A DNA stretch of 64,000 bases from Acholeplasmataceae bacterium (GTDB lineage Bacteria > Bacillota_I > Bacilli_A > ML615J-28 > CAG-698), in assembly GCA_012838705.1 (NCBI GenBank), contig DUOT01000015.1, positions 18,367 to 82,366 on the forward strand. Reading direction: 5' to 3'. This document shows positions 18,927-29,595 of the stretch, one piece after another (position 1 is the stretch's first letter; each line of letters begins with the position of its first letter). The position numbers were made by a program, and so were the translations under genes. A model generated the notes under the pieces. It was given only the letters and a program-made list of their open reading frames with translations. It did no database searches and had not been told where the DNA came from.

Positions 18927-21185
18927 TTATCCTACTTGAGGTGCTACTTCATATTTTTCAATTGTGAATTTTAGACCTTCTTTGAAGATAATCTTTTGTA
19001 GTCCAATAGGACCAGCATATCTAGTACAGATCATGAATCCGCCCGCAGGTACTTCTAGGTAATCTGGTAATACATAAGGATTTCCTTCGCCAACTTCTTC
19101 TTCCATTTGAGCTTTTAGTGCGTTTTGAATCTTAGTATCTCCAGTAGTCCAAATAACTTTACCTTCAGCATCTGCAACCATTGCAAAGTAGTAAGCGTCT
19201 ACTGCCATACCGTTGCGGTCTAATCCAGATCCATCTGCGTTCTTATCTAATCCTAATTCAAATGTTACGTTTTCAGGAATTTCAGCTACATGATATGCCA
19301 TTGGGAATTTTAAGTCTTCATCTGTATCATTTACAAATAAAGTTTGACGGTTAGTTCCACCATGGCCAGAAACTGATAGTAATCCACCTTGAATAGCATT
19401 TTCATCAGTTAATGTTAATTTGCTTAAATCATCAGCATGAGATGTATACCATCCAGCATGGAACCATTGATATCTTACACCATCAATGTCAACATATGTT
19501 GTAAATCCAGACCAGCCATATACATTTAGATTTGAACCAGTTTTACCATTCGGACCATCAGATGTTTTTAATTGATGTAATTCATCCCATGGTTGATCTT
19601 GGTCACCTGATCTACTATACATATTTCCACCAATATACATAGTATTATCAAGTTTAGAAACACCAACGTTTATTGCAACTTGACCTGTTGCTGTATCATC
19701 ACCAACAGTAACACTGTAAGTTAATAATACTTCATGATAACGTAGATATTGTTTTTGGATTACCCATTCTTCATCGAATAATCCTTCTTCATTTACAGTC
19801 CAAGTAATTTCAGTTCCTTCGAAATCTCCTTCTTCTACCTCAAATGGTAATGGAATCTTGTTACCTTCTACCATACCATATGGGAAGTAATGAGGGAAAT
19901 CTTCTGCTTCAAATTGATTGCTTAAGTCTAATGCTAATTTTTGTGCATCATTTGCTGCAGGTTTAACAGTAATTTCAAATTCAATTATTTCTTCGAAATC
20001 AAATGCATTATTAGAACTGTCATAAACGATTGTAGCTGTTAATGTAACAACTTTTTCTTCTTCTAGATAAGGGTTCATTTTACCATTGATACCTAAAGTA
20101 TCTGCATCATCAGATTCCCAAGTAATAGTTGTTCTAAATTTAGAATCACCAATTGGTAAAATGATATTTTGACCTTGGATTTCTTCTGGAATAATTAATA
20201 CATTTTCAAGTAAGTATTCTAATTTTTCTTCTTTGTTATAACCTTTTACAACAAAGTCATGACGAGAAATACCACTATTATCTCCAGATAAGAATACAAT
20301 TTCAAGTCTTACATTTTGATCATCATTTGGACGATGATAAACAGCTGCTTCGTCAGCTATTGAAACTAGATGAGTACCTAGTGACTTCCAAGATAAGAAT
20401 ACTTCTTGACGAACTTCTGTATCATCTTCTAATGCTTCATATAATTCAGTTAATGTCATTGGTAGATCAATGTCAGCAGTGATTTTATTATCTTTATATG
20501 TTTGTAAGAATTGATCTAATGCTGCTTGAGCTTCTTCAATAGCTATGAAATCATTAAATTCTACATCGCTAACAACTTGAATTGTAACAGGGAATTTAAC
20601 TTCTTCGCCATCATAAGCTAAACGGCACTCTAATTGTACATATGTATCTTGTACATAATTAACACGATAGATATTGTTTGCTAATTTAACACCATCTACA
20701 TCATAGTATTCAACTGTTACTAATGTGTTAGCTGGGCTTGGTAATTCAATATCATCATCTACATATTTAGGTAATTGCGCTTTAACGCTATCCATTGCAG
20801 CAACTAAAACTGCAGTTGGGTTTAAACTTTCAAGAACCTTAACTTCAAATGTATCTTTAACACTGTCGTCAAGTTTTGAAGTGGCTGTAATTACAGTAAC
20901 CCCGCCCTTCTTACCAGTAACTTTTCCGTTTGCGTCAACTTCAGCAATTTCAGGTTTTGAAGATGTCCATTCTACTTCTTTTGAAGCGTTTTCTGGCTTA
21001 ACTTCAACACTTAAATACATTTCGCCACCAACAAGAACAACTTTATCGCCAACGTAAACGTCAACACTAATTGTTAATTCTTCTGGTGCAACTTGTTTTG
21101 GCGTTTTCTCACCACATGCAACTAATAATAATGCAACAAAAGCCAAAACAAAAGCTACAAGCCATTTTTTTGTTTTAGTTAACAT
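18927..21185 (-). CDS. acidic surface lipoprotein with N-terminal Big_2 (bacterial Ig-like) domain; function unknown
   Basis: The lipobox is LLLVAC|G, after the true start MLTKTKKWL. That start is the ATG ending at 21185, preceded by GAGGAGG. A Big_2-like segment follows (…VGDKVVLVGGEMYLSVEVKP…VEWTSSKPEIAEVDANGKVTGKK…). The remaining roughly 600 aa are D/E-rich and unassigned. Confidence 0.5.
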   Translation of the reverse strand: MLTKTKKWLVAFVLAFVALLLVACGEKTPKQVAPEELTISVDVYVGDKVVLVGGEMYLSVEVKPENASKEVEWTSSKPEIAEVDANGKVTGKKGGVTVITATSKLDDSVKDTFEVKVLESLNPTAVLVAAMDSVKAQLPKYVDDDIELPSPANTLVTVEYYDVDGVKLANNIYRVNYVQDTYVQLECRLAYDGEEVKFPVTIQVVSDVEFNDFIAIEEAQAALDQFLQTYKDNKITADIDLPMTLTELYEALEDDTEVRQEVFLSWKSLGTHLVSIADEAAVYHRPNDDQNVRLEIVFLSGDNSGISRHDFVVKGYNKEEKLEYLLENVLIIPEEIQGQNIILPIGDSKFRTTITWESDDADTLGINGKMNPYLEEEKVVTLTATIVYDSSNNAFDFEEIIEFEITVKPAANDAQKLALDLSNQFEAEDFPHYFPYGMVEGNKIPLPFEVEEGDFEGTEITWTVNEEGLFDEEWVIQKQYLRYHEVLLTYSVTVGDDTATGQVAINVGVSKLDNTMYIGGNMYSRSGDQDQPWDELHQLKTSDGPNGKTGSNLNVYGWSGFTTYVDIDGVRYQWFHAGWYTSHADDLSKLTLTDENAIQGGLLSVSGHGGTNRQTLFVNDTDEDLKFPMAYHVAEIPENVTFELGLDKNADGSGLDRNGMAVDAYYFAMVADAEGKVIWTTGDTKIQNALKAQMEEEVGEGNPYVLPDYLEVPAGGFMICTRYAGPIGLQKIIFKEGLKFTIEKYEVAPQVG

Positions 21186-21425
21186 TGAAACCTCCTCAAA
21201 TTCTTTCAATATTATGATTTTTAAACTTGTAATAATGGATTAAAGCATAAATCCACTTATATTTTAAACTATTATGGCTAAAAAGTCAATACTAAAATCG
21301 AAAACGTTTGCAAATTTCATATCATTGAAAGGGGAAATATAAACAAACTAACATTTTAATTTTTTATGATATTTAATTTGCAACGATCCAATTTTAGATA
21401 TTCCCCTTTTAGAAATAGTTTAAAA

Positions 21426-22823
21426 TTAAATCACTTTATCAGGATTTAATATTCCCTTAGGATCAAAAACCTTCTTAATTCCCCTCATTAATTCAATTTG
21501 GGAATTCCCTAACAATTCTTTCATATATGCCTTCTTGGCATATCCTATACCGTGTTCACCAGAAACTAGTCCGCCCATTTCTTTTGCTTTGTCATACATT
21601 TCTTTGAACACATCATTTAAAACCTTGTTCCATCTTTCTTCATCAAGATCGTCTTTACAAATATAAATATGTAAGTTTCCATCTCCTGCATGTCCGAAAG
21701 AAGGGATTCTCACTTGATATTTTTCACTCAACTTATGAGTAAAAGCGATATACTCAGCAATTTTATCCCTTGGAACAACAACATCACATTCATCCATGAA
21801 AGTCGTAGATGCCTTAATAGCTTCAAGGAAAGCACCTCGAGCTGTCCAAACATCTTCTTTTCTTTCTTGAGTATCAACAATTAATACATCTTCTGCACCT
21901 AAATTATCTAAATATAAGTCAGACGCTTGTTTTAATTGTTCTTGAATTTCTTCATCACTCATTCCATCGAACGTTAGTAATATGTATGCATCATATCTTG
22001 TTTCAGGGAATTTTTTTCCTAAGTAACTTTCTGTAAACACAATTGCGTCTTTTTCAAAAAACTCAATTGCTGTTGGTGTAACTTTTGATTGCAATAATTT
22101 TGGAACACTTGCTAAGGCAAGATTAACATCATTAAATGGAATCAATATACTAATTGCTTTTTCTGGTAATGGAGCTAATTTCAAGTATAATTTTGTGATT
22201 ATTGCGAGAGTTCCTTCAGAACCAATAATCAAATCTTTTAATGAGTAACCAGTAGAGTTTTTCGCAACCACTCTACCGAATTGTGTTATTTCACCATTTG
22301 GAAGAACAACTTCCATAGCTACAACCCAATCTCGAGTTACTCCATACTTTACAGCACGCATCCCACCAGCATTAGTTGCAACATTACCACCGATTGTTGC
22401 AGTTTTTTCGCCTGGATCCGGAGCATAGAAAAATCCTCTCTTTTCCACATACTCATAAATATCCATAATTAACACGCCAGGCTCAACTTCTAATACCATG
22501 TTTTTATCATCAAGATTTATAATTTTATTCATTTCAGTCATGTCGAGAACAATACCACCATATAAAGGTACGCATGCTCCTACAAGACCAGTTCCACTGC
22601 CACGTACAACAACTGGAATTATATTTTCATTTGCGTATTTTACAATTTTTGATATTTCTTCAGTTGTTTTTACCTTGATTACGATTTCAGGAGCGTTTTT
22701 TATCGTCCCTAATTCATCTTTGTGATAATCTTCAATAATTTGGTCACCGAGTAAAATTCGTTCTTCCGGAATTATTGATTTAAAATATTTCACATCATTA
22801 CTATCGAGTTTTTTATACATCAT
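21426..22823 (-). CDS. FAD-binding oxidase (GlcD/LctD-like lactate dehydrogenase subunit)
   Basis: It has an FAD_binding_4 N-terminus (…VVVRGSGTGLVGACVP…) and an FAD-oxidase C-terminal domain. It is in an etfB-etfA-glcD operon. Confidence 0.75.
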   Translation of the reverse strand: MMYKKLDSNDVKYFKSIIPEERILLGDQIIEDYHKDELGTIKNAPEIVIKVKTTEEISKIVKYANENIIPVVVRGSGTGLVGACVPLYGGIVLDMTEMNKIINLDDKNMVLEVEPGVLIMDIYEYVEKRGFFYAPDPGEKTATIGGNVATNAGGMRAVKYGVTRDWVVAMEVVLPNGEITQFGRVVAKNSTGYSLKDLIIGSEGTLAIITKLYLKLAPLPEKAISILIPFNDVNLALASVPKLLQSKVTPTAIEFFEKDAIVFTESYLGKKFPETRYDAYILLTFDGMSDEEIQEQLKQASDLYLDNLGAEDVLIVDTQERKEDVWTARGAFLEAIKASTTFMDECDVVVPRDKIAEYIAFTHKLSEKYQVRIPSFGHAGDGNLHIYICKDDLDEERWNKVLNDVFKEMYDKAKEMGGLVSGEHGIGYAKKAYMKELLGNSQIELMRGIKKVFDPKGILNPDKVI

Positions 22824-24013
22824 TGTAACCCTTTCATTTCTTTAATGCTTTTTATTAACTCAGGAACGATTTCAAAAACATCACCGACAAGTCCATAATG
22901 TGATACATCGAATATAGGTGCAGACTTATCTTTATTAATTGAAAAGACAACTTCAGCTCCTATCATACCAGCAGTATACTGAACAGCACCACTAATTCCA
23001 AGATTAATTAATAGTTTTGGAGCTACCGTACGACCACTTAGACCGATTTGTTGACGTGCATCAGCAAATCCCGCTTCAATTAATGGTCTTGTAACAGCTA
23101 GTCTACCGCCTAATAATTCAGCAAGTTCTTCAGCCATTGCTAATTCTTCTTGAGTTTTAAATGCTCTACCGCAAGCAACTAAAACTTCAGCTTCACTAAT
23201 ATCAACTTCTTTTGCTTTTGCTTTAATATCGATAAGTCTCATTGAAGAAGATAAATCAAAATCAACATTCATTTTGATAAGCTCACCATGAGGTTTTACT
23301 TTCTCAGGCATTTTAAAGATTTTATATCTTACTGTTGCCATTTGTGGTCTTGTATTAGGACAAACAATTGATGCCATAACATTCCCACCAAAGGCAGGTC
23401 GATTTTGAATTAAATCTGTATTTTCTTTCATGCCTAAAATTGTACAATCGGCTGTTAAACCTGTTCGGAATCGAGCAGCAACACGAGGTGCAAAACTACG
23501 ACCAGTTGCAGTTCCTCCGTATAAAATTACTGTCGGCTTGATTTTGTTTATAAAATCTTCCATACATGCAGTATATTTTTCTACATTAAAATGAGCTAGT
23601 TCTTGGTGCTCATAAACGTATACCTTGTCCACTCCGTATTCCAATACTTCTTGAGCAAACTTATCTGCTTTATCACTAATAATTATAGCAAGAACTTCGT
23701 GTTTAATTACATCAGCAAGTTCTTTTGCTTTTCCAATTAATTCAAAGCTAACAGGATGAATAGTATTGCCATCATGCTCGATAAATACAGTAACACCTTT
23801 CCACTCGTTTTTATCGATTTCTTTTACTTCATCCTCTACATATTCAATACAACCTTCAGGACCTTTACGAACACAAATCTTACACATTCTACAAGCAGAG
23901 TTAATATCTAATTTACCATTTGTAAATTCAATTGCTTTAAACGGACATATATTAATTAGTTTTTCAATTTTTTCTGGTGTTAATTTATCATGATTAATAA
24001 CTAGTTTTCCCAT
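22820..24013 (-). CDS. etfA: electron-transfer flavoprotein alpha subunit with N-terminal ferredoxin-like [4Fe-4S] domain (LctC-type)
   Basis: The N-terminus CPFKAIEF…CRMCKICVRKGPEGC is followed by a canonical EtfA domain (…LYGGTATGR…, FAD-binding C-terminus). Confidence 0.8.
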   Translation of the reverse strand: MGKLVINHDKLTPEKIEKLINICPFKAIEFTNGKLDINSACRMCKICVRKGPEGCIEYVEDEVKEIDKNEWKGVTVFIEHDGNTIHPVSFELIGKAKELADVIKHEVLAIIISDKADKFAQEVLEYGVDKVYVYEHQELAHFNVEKYTACMEDFINKIKPTVILYGGTATGRSFAPRVAARFRTGLTADCTILGMKENTDLIQNRPAFGGNVMASIVCPNTRPQMATVRYKIFKMPEKVKPHGELIKMNVDFDLSSSMRLIDIKAKAKEVDISEAEVLVACGRAFKTQEELAMAEELAELLGGRLAVTRPLIEAGFADARQQIGLSGRTVAPKLLINLGISGAVQYTAGMIGAEVVFSINKDKSAPIFDVSHYGLVGDVFEIVPELIKSIKEMKGLQ

Positions 24014-24021
24014 TCTACCAC

Positions 24022-24804
24022 CTATAGCAATTTAAGTTCTTGCATCTTTTCAAACATTCTATTTGCAAGATCCTTTCCTTCCCACATTTCCTTGTCCGTA
24101 TTTTTTGTTGGCGGGAACATTTTCTCTACTTGTGTTGGAGATCCTTTTAGCCCATAATTGTTTTCATCTTGGTCTTCCATATCTTTAAAAGTGAATACTT
24201 TTACTTTGAAATCATCTAGTTCACGTTTTCTTTTATATGAAGGTAATCTTGGAGTAAAGATTCCTTTATCAACAGTAATAAGACATGGAAAATCAATTTC
24301 CCACACTTCTACTGTTTTATCCATAGTTGTTGATACAACAATAGATTTTTCCTTTATTTCAATAATTTTATCAACATAAGAAAGATGAGGAATTCCTAAG
24401 TGTTCAGCAATTTCAGGTCCTACTTGTGCTGTATCACCATCAGTTGTTTGCTTCCCACAAATAATCAAATCAAACTCACCTAGTTTTAAAATCCCTTGTG
24501 ATAATGCATATGATGTTGCAACAACATCAGCACCAGCAAATTTACGGTCAGTTAATAATGCTGCATCATCACACCCCATCCACAATGATTCATTCAATAC
24601 TGCGATTGCGGAAGGTGGGCCCATTGTGATTGTCTTAACAACTGCCCCAACTTTCTCTTTAATTTTTAATGCGGTTTCGATTCCATATAAATCATATGGA
24701 TTCATTTTAGTATTACTTCCGTCCCGTATTAATACCCCTGTTACCGGATCTATTTGTACTTCCGAACTGGCTGGGACTTGCTTTATACAAGTAATAATAT
24801 TCAT
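24022..24804 (-). CDS. etfB: electron-transfer flavoprotein beta subunit (LctB-type)
   Basis: MNIITCIKQVP… is the classic EtfB start. It is 260 aa and immediately upstream of etfA. Confidence 0.85.
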   Translation of the reverse strand: MNIITCIKQVPASSEVQIDPVTGVLIRDGSNTKMNPYDLYGIETALKIKEKVGAVVKTITMGPPSAIAVLNESLWMGCDDAALLTDRKFAGADVVATSYALSQGILKLGEFDLIICGKQTTDGDTAQVGPEIAEHLGIPHLSYVDKIIEIKEKSIVVSTTMDKTVEVWEIDFPCLITVDKGIFTPRLPSYKRKRELDDFKVKVFTFKDMEDQDENNYGLKGSPTQVEKMFPPTKNTDKEMWEGKDLANRMFEKMQELKLL

Positions 24805-24912
24805 ATCTTTCCTCCCAGCTAATAAGTAAAACTTGTTAGCGTTTTCCTTTCCTCGTTTATTTCTAGAGTTTCATCAATAATATTATACCATATAACTTAA
24901 GTTTTTTAAATA

Positions 24913-25635
24913 TTATTTAATAAAATTCAGTGATTTAGAAAATAATTCCACCTTTTCATGATAGCGATCATAGCCATGGCCACATTTGTCAATTAAGTGT
25001 AAATTAGCATTTTGAAAATAACTACCATATTTTACACTTGTTAAGTAGTTAACTGCTAGATCTTCTCTTCCATGAATTATCATAACTGGATTTGTGAATT
25101 TTTCTGCCTCTTTGAAAGGGTCATACCCTTTCATTGATTCAACTAATGACTCAGTAATAATAAACCCGGGGATATACATACTTCCATCATCAAGTTTATT
25201 AGCTTCGTCAAACCTTTTTCTTAGTTTCGTATATAAATCACTAGCAGGTGACCATAATAATAACTTTGATATTGGCCTTTTATTACATAAAAGTGTCGCA
25301 ATTAATCCACCCATGCTAAAGCCTAAAACTATTACATTTTGAAATTTGCTGAAAGCATAATCTAGCATAAGTAAAGCATCATCTAAAGCGTCATTGAATA
25401 AGAACTCACTAAATTCACCATCTGATTCACCATTACAACTATAATCCATCCTTAGGCTAGCGATTTTTTCCGCGCTTAAATCACGAGATAACGACCTAAA
25501 ATGTCCATTATGTTCGGTTTTATTTCCTGTGTAACCATGAAACATAACGACGATTTTTTCTGCACCTTCAGGATGGTCTAAGTATCCGCGTAAAACTTTT
25601 CCTTTTTTATTTATTATCTCTACATGTTTAATCAT
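24913..25635 (-). CDS. alpha/beta-fold hydrolase (S9/S33-like esterase)
   Basis: It has the nucleophile elbow GFSMGG and an HGxxG-like oxyanion region (FHGYTGN). It is the last gene of the murQ operon and overlaps murQ by 4 nt. Confidence 0.6.
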   Translation of the reverse strand: MIKHVEIINKKGKVLRGYLDHPEGAEKIVVMFHGYTGNKTEHNGHFRSLSRDLSAEKIASLRMDYSCNGESDGEFSEFLFNDALDDALLMLDYAFSKFQNVIVLGFSMGGLIATLLCNKRPISKLLLWSPASDLYTKLRKRFDEANKLDDGSMYIPGFIITESLVESMKGYDPFKEAEKFTNPVMIIHGREDLAVNYLTSVKYGSYFQNANLHLIDKCGHGYDRYHEKVELFSKSLNFIK

Positions 25636-26543
25636 TTTACAGCCTTCAATGCATTACGTAAATGACCTTTATGTTCATTTAATATTCTTTCAACTTCTTC
25701 TTTATTTTCAATACCTGAAAGAATTGCAAAAATAGACTTCTTTACTGTTCCAAATTTATCAATATATTTTTGTGCTTCTTCAAAGCTCACACCTGTAGCT
25801 TCAGAAACCATATTTTGTCCTCTTTTGATTAATTTTTCATTTGTTAGTTGGAAATCAATCATTAAGTTACCATATACTTTTCCAAGCTTAATCATAGAAG
25901 CTGTCGAAAGCATATTACATATTAATTTTTGTGCTGTTCCTGACTTCATTCTCGTAGAACCTGTAATTGGTTCACTACCTGTAATTGCTTCGATTGGATA
26001 ATCAACTTTGCTAGCAATTTCGCTATTTGGAGATGTTGTAATACATCCAGTTTTACATCCAATACTCTTAGCATATTCAACACCAGCAACAGCATAAGGA
26101 GTTCTTCCACTTGCTGTTATTCCAACAACTATATCGGCTTTTGTTAAGTTAATATTTTTTAAATCATTAACTGCAAATTCACGTGAATCTTCTGCGCCTT
26201 CAACTGCCTTAATAAATGCAGTACTTCCACCTGCAATCAAACATTGAACAGTTTCATATGATACTGAGAATGTTGGTGGACATTCAGCAGCATCTAAAAT
26301 TCCAATACGTCCACTTGTACCTGCACCCATATAAATTAATCTTCCGTCGTTATCAATTACCTCCGCAATTGCATCTACTAAAGCTGCAATTTGCGGTAAT
26401 GCTTTTTCCACTGCATATGGTACTGTCTTATCTTCTTCATTAATCATCTTACAAATTTCAAGAGTTGAAACAGTATCGATGTTCATTGTTCGGGGATTTC
26501 TTTGCTCTGTACCTATTTTTTTAAGATCAATCATTTTTCTCAC
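25632..26543 (-). CDS. murQ: N-acetylmuramic acid 6-phosphate etherase
   Basis: A SIS-domain protein whose N-terminus …EQRNPRTMNID… is a MurQ hallmark. It is 303 aa. Confidence 0.85.
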   Translation of the reverse strand: MRKMIDLKKIGTEQRNPRTMNIDTVSTLEICKMINEEDKTVPYAVEKALPQIAALVDAIAEVIDNDGRLIYMGAGTSGRIGILDAAECPPTFSVSYETVQCLIAGGSTAFIKAVEGAEDSREFAVNDLKNINLTKADIVVGITASGRTPYAVAGVEYAKSIGCKTGCITTSPNSEIASKVDYPIEAITGSEPITGSTRMKSGTAQKLICNMLSTASMIKLGKVYGNLMIDFQLTNEKLIKRGQNMVSEATGVSFEEAQKYIDKFGTVKKSIFAILSGIENKEEVERILNEHKGHLRNALKAVK

Positions 26544-27657
26544 GCGGGCTTGGAGTGATATTTCCTAAGATGACATCGCTTTTTGCACCAGTTGCACTTC
26601 TAACATTACTTGGCTTATTTTGTATTGTCATATAACCAAGGATTGCGAAAGCGACTGCCTCCTTAGCATCACTATTAATCCCATACTCCTCTCCAGTCAA
26701 TATTTTAATATTTGTAAAGTTTTCTTTTAATCTTTTCATAATATATTGATTATGGCTTCCACCGCCACAAACAATGGCAATATCAATATCTTTTAAAAAC
26801 TTTTGATAATTATAAGTAATTCCATAGACCGTAAATTCAGTTATTGTAGTTATAATATCTTTTTTATTGTATTTATCAAAATCTAACCTTAAAGCTAATT
26901 CTTCCATAAAACTTTGACTATATTGTTCTCTACCAGTCGATTTCGGTGGGTTTTTATAAATAAACTCATCTTTATTTAATTCATCTAAAATTTCATCAAT
27001 TACTTTTCCACTTAAAGCAATTTTACCATCTTCATCATAGGGTTTTCCAAAATATTTTTTTGTAAAGTAATCGATCATGATATTCCCAACACCGCAATCA
27101 AAAGAGAAAACATCGTCAAGAGTTCCACCTTTAGGTAAAAACGATAAATTACTGATTCCACCAATATTTTGGAGAACAATATTTTTATCATCACTTTGAT
27201 ATAGATAGTATTCAGAAAAAGGAACTAAAGGTGCCCCTTCACCACCAGCAGCTACATCCATTACTCTAAAATTAGATATTGTTTTAATATTTGTTAAGTA
27301 GCTAATAACACTAGCTTCACCTATTTGTAGTGTTGAAGGTGGATTACCATTTGGATCGTGCCAAATCGTTTGACCGTGACTAGCAACAAACTCTATATCA
27401 TCATAAGTATAACCAGTATCCTCAAGCACTAAATCAATTGCTTCTTTAAACTTATAACCAAGAGCAAAATTCAAATTACAAATTTCATCTAGTCTTGCAG
27501 TATCTTTGTTTAGATTACGGAAGATCTTTTTTCTAAAATCTTCATCATATTTTAATAATGCATATTTAATTAGCTTTACGTTTTTCCCTTCAATCTCAAC
27601 TAAAGCAGCATCAACACCATCAAGTGATGTTCCACTCATTAAACCAATAGCTAACAT
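26527..27657 (-). CDS. anmK: anhydro-N-acetylmuramic acid kinase
   Basis: The N-terminus …IGLMSGTSLDGVDAALVEI… is the AnmK signature. It is 376 aa. Confidence 0.85.
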   Translation of the reverse strand: MLAIGLMSGTSLDGVDAALVEIEGKNVKLIKYALLKYDEDFRKKIFRNLNKDTARLDEICNLNFALGYKFKEAIDLVLEDTGYTYDDIEFVASHGQTIWHDPNGNPPSTLQIGEASVISYLTNIKTISNFRVMDVAAGGEGAPLVPFSEYYLYQSDDKNIVLQNIGGISNLSFLPKGGTLDDVFSFDCGVGNIMIDYFTKKYFGKPYDEDGKIALSGKVIDEILDELNKDEFIYKNPPKSTGREQYSQSFMEELALRLDFDKYNKKDIITTITEFTVYGITYNYQKFLKDIDIAIVCGGGSHNQYIMKRLKENFTNIKILTGEEYGINSDAKEAVAFAILGYMTIQNKPSNVRSATGAKSDVILGNITPSPREKND

Positions 27658-28559
27658 ATTAATCCCTTCCTTTTAGCTAAGTAATATCCACCATATAGAG
27701 GATTTTCATCCCCCTTTACAACTCGTGGATTATATCCATTTTCGGATAATATTAAAATTAGTTCCTCCCTTAGAATTGGAGCATTAGCAACAAAACCACC
27801 TCGGAAGCCTATAACCGCATCAGAAGACAAATTTAACGCTTTATATGCATTTTTAACATCCCTTGCAAGATCTCTTGCCCCTTGTTTTAGTAAAGCAATA
27901 GCATCGGGATTACCCTTATCAGCAAATTCAGTTATAAAGCTTGCATACTTAGCAATATCTTTTTTTGTTTTCGGATAGACGCAAAGTTTTATATCTTCCA
28001 TTCTGTTAAGATTATAACGTTTGAAAAATTCTTTGCCTAAATCTGTTAATTCCTTTCCTAACTCATAATTTAATATTAATGATTTAAAAAAGTCACGAAC
28101 AGTAGTAAAAGCAGAACCAACTTCAGTTAAAATATGCCCCCATCCACCAATTAGTCTTGTTTTCGTATCCTTAATTCCCATTACTGCTGAACCAGTTCCC
28201 GAAAGAACTAAAATACCTTCATTATATTTATCAGTTACAATTGAATACACAGCAATCACAGCATCATTTTCTATTAATACTTTTGCATTATATTTATTCT
28301 GAAAATAATCAACATATTTTTCGCGATCAGCAACACTTTCAATCCCCGATACTCCCATAACAATTAATTCAGGTTTTACCTTTTTATATGCTTTTTCTAA
28401 TCCTTCATCAATATTTGCAAATGCTAAATGTTCATCATTTAATACTGCGGGACTACCACTACCGGTTTTGAAAACGTCAAGTATATTTTTTTCATAATCA
28501 ATTATTGCTGTACGTGTACTTGAGCCACCAGCATCGACACTAATTATAACTTTATTCAT
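27651..28559 (-). CDS. BadF/BadG/BcrA/BcrD-type ATPase: N-acetylglucosamine/N-acetylmuramate kinase (MurK-like)
   Basis: It has the ASKHA fold (ISVDAGGSSTRTAII…). It is about 302 aa and lies between mupG-like and anmK. Confidence 0.6.
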   Translation of the reverse strand: MNKVIISVDAGGSSTRTAIIDYEKNILDVFKTGSGSPAVLNDEHLAFANIDEGLEKAYKKVKPELIVMGVSGIESVADREKYVDYFQNKYNAKVLIENDAVIAVYSIVTDKYNEGILVLSGTGSAVMGIKDTKTRLIGGWGHILTEVGSAFTTVRDFFKSLILNYELGKELTDLGKEFFKRYNLNRMEDIKLCVYPKTKKDIAKYASFITEFADKGNPDAIALLKQGARDLARDVKNAYKALNLSSDAVIGFRGGFVANAPILREELILILSENGYNPRVVKGDENPLYGGYYLAKRKGLIC

Positions 28560-29595
28560 TTATTGTTCCTCGAATTCTAAATCTAAATTTTTGTCTAGGT
28601 TTCATATTTTGTAGTAAAAAATCACTAATTAATGCCTTACCAACAACATTAACACGATGATCTTTTTCTAAATCCATTCTCATGATTGCAACTTCACCTT
28701 GATAACGTAAAAACTCACGGTTATCAATTGTAATTGAATATTTACTTCGATTTATCGTATTGAAAGGTGTAATTTCATTTATTTCACGATGTGATGAACG
28801 AATAAAATAAATACTTTGATCAGCACGATTTCTATGAATTTTATTTAAAATTTCTTTTTCAGTATCGCATATACTATCATAAATGTATATTGGTATATTA
28901 ATGATTTCTAGATCAAAATTTATTGCTGCTTCTAATTCTTCATTACTAGCATAAGCATCACCAAAACAAACTTCATCAACATCTAAAAGCGTCATATCAG
29001 CAAGGATGCTATCTAGATCTAAATTGCGATGTTCCTCAATTGTTGGTAATCCTTCATATAAAGGTGGTCTTTTTCCAACACTTGAAGGAATGTAAATCAT
29101 AATATGCATGCCATAGCTTCTAAACAGTTTATTTTTCTCAAGTACTGCTTCATAAGATAAACCAGTATAAGGTTTCGGATAAAAATTATGGCTTACTCTT
29201 AACTTATTAAAATCAAGGCCACGAGATTTTAAATCTTCTAATGCACTTTGGGTAATTGTTGAGGCATTTAATTCTAATAAAAATGGATAATTACTTAACT
29301 CTATAATATCATCATTACTAAATCCCCAATCAAGTCGTAATGAATAAATATTACCTATTATTCCTATTTTTTCTAATGATGGTTTAGAAATATCTAAAAT
29401 AATTTCCATATTAAGTTTATTTGCTTCATCAATTAATCCTATAAGTTCTTCCAAAAATGTATCTTTTACTTCTGGCATATGGGCAGAAATAAAAATTCTT
29501 TTTATGCCGATATTAGATAAATTATGAAGGTATTCAATATTTTTTTGATATGGATAATCATCTAAACCAACATATATAGATGCTACTGTTTTCAT
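28552..29595 (-). CDS. DUF871-family protein (MupG-like 6-phospho-N-acetylmuramidase candidate)
   Basis: A roughly 347-aa TIM-barrel-type protein beginning MKTVASIYVGLDDYPYQKNIEYL…. Its size and context in a murQ cluster match the DUF871/MupG family, but the family was not confirmed by motif. Confidence 0.45.
   Translation of the reverse strand: MKTVASIYVGLDDYPYQKNIEYLHNLSNIGIKRIFISAHMPEVKDTFLEELIGLIDEANKLNMEIILDISKPSLEKIGIIGNIYSLRLDWGFSNDDIIELSNYPFLLELNASTITQSALEDLKSRGLDFNKLRVSHNFYPKPYTGLSYEAVLEKNKLFRSYGMHIMIYIPSSVGKRPPLYEGLPTIEEHRNLDLDSILADMTLLDVDEVCFGDAYASNEELEAAINFDLEIINIPIYIYDSICDTEKEILNKIHRNRADQSIYFIRSSHREINEITPFNTINRSKYSITIDNREFLRYQGEVAIMRMDLEKDHRVNVVGKALISDFLLQNMKPRQKFRFRIRGTINE

Noticed and set aside
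21327-21410. Long-range imperfect inverted repeat (AGGGGAAATAT … ATATTCCCCT) downstream of the glcD-like gene
   Set aside because: It has a roughly 55-nt loop and a mismatched stem. It is more likely chance in AT-rich DNA than a structured element, though it could be a weak terminator.
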